Shown: positions 61,224 to 64,000 of the stretch, piece by piece
How the letters are laid out: every line of letters starts with the position of its first letter
Numbering within the stretch: the first letter of the stretch is position 1
Assembly: GCA_963697335.1 (NCBI GenBank)
Contig: CAVONQ010000014.1
Span: 1 to 64,000 of the forward strand
Direction: 5' to 3'
Origin: an uncultured cyanobacterium
GTDB taxonomy: Bacteria > Cyanobacteriota > Cyanobacteriia > PCC-6307 > Cyanobiaceae
DNA length: 64,000 nucleotides
The notes under the pieces: model-generated
Databases searched by the model: none
What the model was told of the DNA's origin: nothing
What the model saw: only the letters and a program-made list of their open reading frames with translations
Translations under genes and position numbers: made by a program

Positions 61224-61787
61224 TCAGGGATTCAGCCCTTCCTCGCGCCAGCCGTGCTCAAGGCGCCAGCGGCGGCGCCGGTGGGGGTGGCCCCCCAGCT
61301 CCAGCAGCTCCACCTGCTCCAGCTGGATCTGCAGCAGCTGAAAGTGGGGTGGCAGCGGTGTGTCGTCGTCGAGGGTGGCGGGGAAGGCGGCTCCGGGCTC
61401 CAGGGGCGCCCCCGGTTCGGGCCAGCCCCAGAGGGCCCGGCCGCCGGGGCTGAGGGCCTGCCAGTGCCTCAGCCGTGCTGCCCCATCGGCCGCCGCATCG
61501 GGGGCGAGCACGCGCCCCCGCAGACGGAACTGGCTGCGGGCCCTCACCAGCAGCCAGCAGAGCTCCACGGCCGGCTGCCGGTGCAGTTCAGCGGCCTTGG
61601 CGCTGCGGCCATCAGTGAGCAGCTCCAGCACGCTGCCCTCCGCCCAGCCGCGGAACACCAGGGTGCGCACCCGGGGGGTGCCATCGGTGGCCACGCTGGC
61701 CAGCTGCAGCCAGCGGGCCGCCGGGGAGCGTCCTTCGCGCTGACGTGCTGCCCGCAGCAGGGGGCGCCAGGGGGCGAGTTCGATCAC
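61224..61787 (-). CDS. Pyridoxamine 5'-phosphate oxidase family protein
   Basis: QLASVATDGTPRVRTLVFRG, TDGRSAK, QFRLRG, LNP terminus. Confidence 0.85.
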   Translation of the reverse strand: MIELAPWRPLLRAARQREGRSPAARWLQLASVATDGTPRVRTLVFRGWAEGSVLELLTDGRSAKAAELHRQPAVELCWLLVRARSQFRLRGRVLAPDAAADGAARLRHWQALSPGGRALWGWPEPGAPLEPGAAFPATLDDDTPLPPHFQLLQIQLEQVELLELGGHPHRRRRWRLEHGWREEGLNP

Positions 61788-61815
61788 ACCATCCCAGCGT
61801 CACGCCGCCCCACCC

Positions 61816-62073
61816 TCACGCCGGTTGGGCCTGGCGGCGCTGGAAGGCGAGGGCCCCACCGCCCACGGCCGCCAGCCCGAGACCTCCCGCCACGGCCAGA
61901 AACACCAGCGTCTGCAGGGCCAGCAGAAAGAGCCCCAGGGCCGAGGCGGCCTTGATCTGGATGCGGGCCTTGATCAGCAGCGTGAGCAGCAGCAGCACCG
62001 TGGCCTGCAGGCCGGCGGCCTTGGCGGCGAGGGCCGCGGTGGTGAGGAGACCGAAGGGACAGGGAAGCAGCAT
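61816..62073 (-). CDS. Small hydrophobic hypothetical protein
   Basis: 85-aa hydrophobic ORF filling the gap between phoX and the PPOX-family gene. Confidence 0.4.
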   Translation of the reverse strand: MLLPCPFGLLTTAALAAKAAGLQATVLLLLTLLIKARIQIKAASALGLFLLALQTLVFLAVAGGLGLAAVGGGALAFQRRQAQPA

Positions 62074-62130
62074 GGGCTCAAGGCGGTGGGCCCATGCTGG
62101 CGTGTGGAGCGGGCGGGCCGCTGCCCCCCC

Positions 62131-64000
62131 TCAGGGCAGCAGTGGCCCGCCCGCCTGGCGGCTGATGGCCACGATCCCCGGCCGGGGCACCCTGCCGGGC
62201 ACGCCTGAGGGCCAGTTCGAGCCCGTCGGCACCCAGCGCTCCTGCTCAAAGCCCACCCCGTCGCGATCCACCAGGGAGGTGGTGTGGCGGCTGGCGCCCT
62301 GGGCCCTGCGGGTGCCGTGCACTTCGCCGGGGTGCTGCACGGCCAGAAACAGGCTGTGTTCGGAGCTGTCGAAGCAGGGTCCCGTGAGCTCGCACTCCAT
62401 GGGCCCGGTGGCAAAGCAGAGGGCCTCGCCCTGGGCCGGCCCGCGCCTGGGCAGCACCCAGCAGCCGTTGTTGCCGAAGGCGTCGCCTGGCCTGGTCCCG
62501 GAGGAGCGATCGGTCACCACCCAGATGTTGCCGGCGCCATCCACCTCCAGGTTGTCGGGGTTGGCGAAGCCCATGCCCCCCTCCCAGGGCAGGCCGCCCA
62601 CCGCCACCATCTGCCAGCGGAACCCATCGGCACTGGAGCCGCTCTCGCTGAGCCGCATCACCCAGCCGTGGGGCCAGGTGGGCTCCCCGGCGGGACCGGA
62701 GAAGATGGCGGGGTCGGCCCGGCCCTCCCGATCGGCTCCCCCGGCCGTGAAGGCGATCAGCAGATCGCCCGTGGCCGGATCGATCACCGTGTCTTCCGGG
62801 CGGGCGGCGGCGGTGGCTCCCACGGCGTTGGCGGCCAGATGGGCGTCGATCAGGATCGCGCCGAGCTGGGCCTCGCCGCTGCCGGGGTAGAGGGCGGCCA
62901 GGCTGCCGAACTGCTCGAGATAGCGCGCCACCTCGGCATCGCTGCCTAGGTCGACGGCGCCGGGCTGGCGACGGTCGGGGTGGGGCAAGCGCGTGGCCTG
63001 GCTCAGGCCCCAGCGCTGGTAGTGGCTGGGGAGCTGGGGAGCCAGGGGAGTGGAGGGCAGCAGCGGAATCCAGCGGCCCAGGCCGCCGGCGCTGAACTGG
63101 GCCACCTCCAGTTGGCCGGCACTGAACAGGGCGGAGTTGGCCGGATCCAGGGGGTCGCTGATCCGGTCCGCGCTCACGTAGCGGTAGAGGTGGCCGCCGT
63201 GGCGGTCGCAGCCGGAATAGAGCACCAGGGGCTGGCCGGCCGCCGCCTTCACGGCCACGGCCTCGTGGCGGCAGCGCCCCAGGGCCGTGTGCTTCACCGG
63301 CGGCCGCTGGGGCCGGCGCGGATCCACCTCCACGATCCAGCCGTACTTATTGCCCGCCAGGGCGAAGGGGTTGCCCAGGCCGCGGAGCCGCTGGCCATCC
63401 CAGTGGAAGGGCCGTTCGGAGGGATCCATTGAGGAGCCGTCGGCATACACCGCTTCGCACACCTCGTTCTGGATGTTCTCCTCGGCGCTGAGCACGGTGC
63501 CCCAGGGGGTGGTGCCGCCGGCGCAGTTGGCGAAGGTGCCGATGATCCGCTCGCCGAGGCCGTCGTCGTAGCCGAGGCGGCGCTCGGCGCGGAACACCGC
63601 CACGGCCGGGCCACTGGCGCGCAGGGCCTGGGCGGGATCCTGCAGGCCGCTCAGGCCGGTGATGCGGCGGTCGAAGCGCCCTGGCTGGCGGCGCCAGCGA
63701 CCTTCGGGACCCAGCTCAAGGCCCGCCACGCCGATACCGAGGTCTTCGAGGGCGGCGCCGGCCACCTGCCGCACCATGGCCAGCAGGGGATCGCCATGGG
63801 CCAGGGCGGTGGCATCCAGCGTGGAGTCGCGATCGGCGAGGGCGGCCTGGAGCTGCTGCAGGGGCAGGCTGAGGCCGCGGGCTTCGCGCAGCCCTTCGGC
63901 CCAGGGAAGGGGGCTGATGTATTCGAAATTCACCGTGAGCAGGGCCTGGCCCGGCGCCAGGGCCAGGAAGGCGAGGTGGTCGTTGTTGTATCCGAAGCTC
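62131..64000 (-). CDS. phoX: PhoX-family alkaline phosphatase (5' end outside window)
   Basis: FGYNND at the window edge, NCAGGTTPWGT, EEN, LGRCRHE, RPED, NPDN, ELTGP, VQHPGE. Confidence 0.92.
   Translation of the reverse strand, partial: SFGYNNDHLAFLALAPGQALLTVNFEYISPLPWAEGLREARGLSLPLQQLQAALADRDSTLDATALAHGDPLLAMVRQVAGAALEDLGIGVAGLELGPEGRWRRQPGRFDRRITGLSGLQDPAQALRASGPAVAVFRAERRLGYDDGLGERIIGTFANCAGGTTPWGTVLSAEENIQNEVCEAVYADGSSMDPSERPFHWDGQRLRGLGNPFALAGNKYGWIVEVDPRRPQRPPVKHTALGRCRHEAVAVKAAAGQPLVLYSGCDRHGGHLYRYVSADRISDPLDPANSALFSAGQLEVAQFSAGGLGRWIPLLPSTPLAPQLPSHYQRWGLSQATRLPHPDRRQPGAVDLGSDAEVARYLEQFGSLAALYPGSGEAQLGAILIDAHLAANAVGATAAARPEDTVIDPATGDLLIAFTAGGADREGRADPAIFSGPAGEPTWPHGWVMRLSESGSSADGFRWQMVAVGGLPWEGGMGFANPDNLEVDGAGNIWVVTDRSSGTRPGDAFGNNGCWVLPRRGPAQGEALCFATGPMECELTGPCFDSSEHSLFLAVQHPGEVHGTRRAQGASRHTTSLVDRDGVGFEQERWVPTGSNWPSGVPGRVPRPGIVAISRQAGGPLLP

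Overview
GC-rich picocyanobacterial (Cyanobium/Synechococcus-like) chromosome segment. Core blocks: lepA-nifU-serS-rseP-nth-rpsN-pnp-cysQ-rsmI (161-11.7 kb) and mtnD-cobI-dusB-der-ecfT-pipX-pipY-sepF-proC-plsY-mlaE-MFS (21.4-33.4 kb). Two accessory regions start just after tRNA genes. (i) After tRNA-Arg(TCT): a ~9.5 kb amino-sugar/glycosyltransferase cluster. (ii) After tRNA-Gly(TCC): a decaying mosaic holding one intact and two internally deleted toxin-antitoxin pairs, a frameshifted primase-helicase fusion, an integron remnant (one canonical attC, a probable attI, two low-GC cassettes, no integrase), P450, a MerR-controlled copper cluster with three matching promoters, an acyltransferase/hydrolase pair and two hli genes. 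The right end has two cobalamin riboswitches: one before hupE, the other before a fatty-acid desaturase / hypothetical / acyltransferase / glycosyltransferase run. A partial phoX ends the window. The strongest leads are the B12-riboswitch desaturase operon, the integron remnant and the three-promoter MerR regulon. Family and DUF names come from motif recognition and memory, not database searches.
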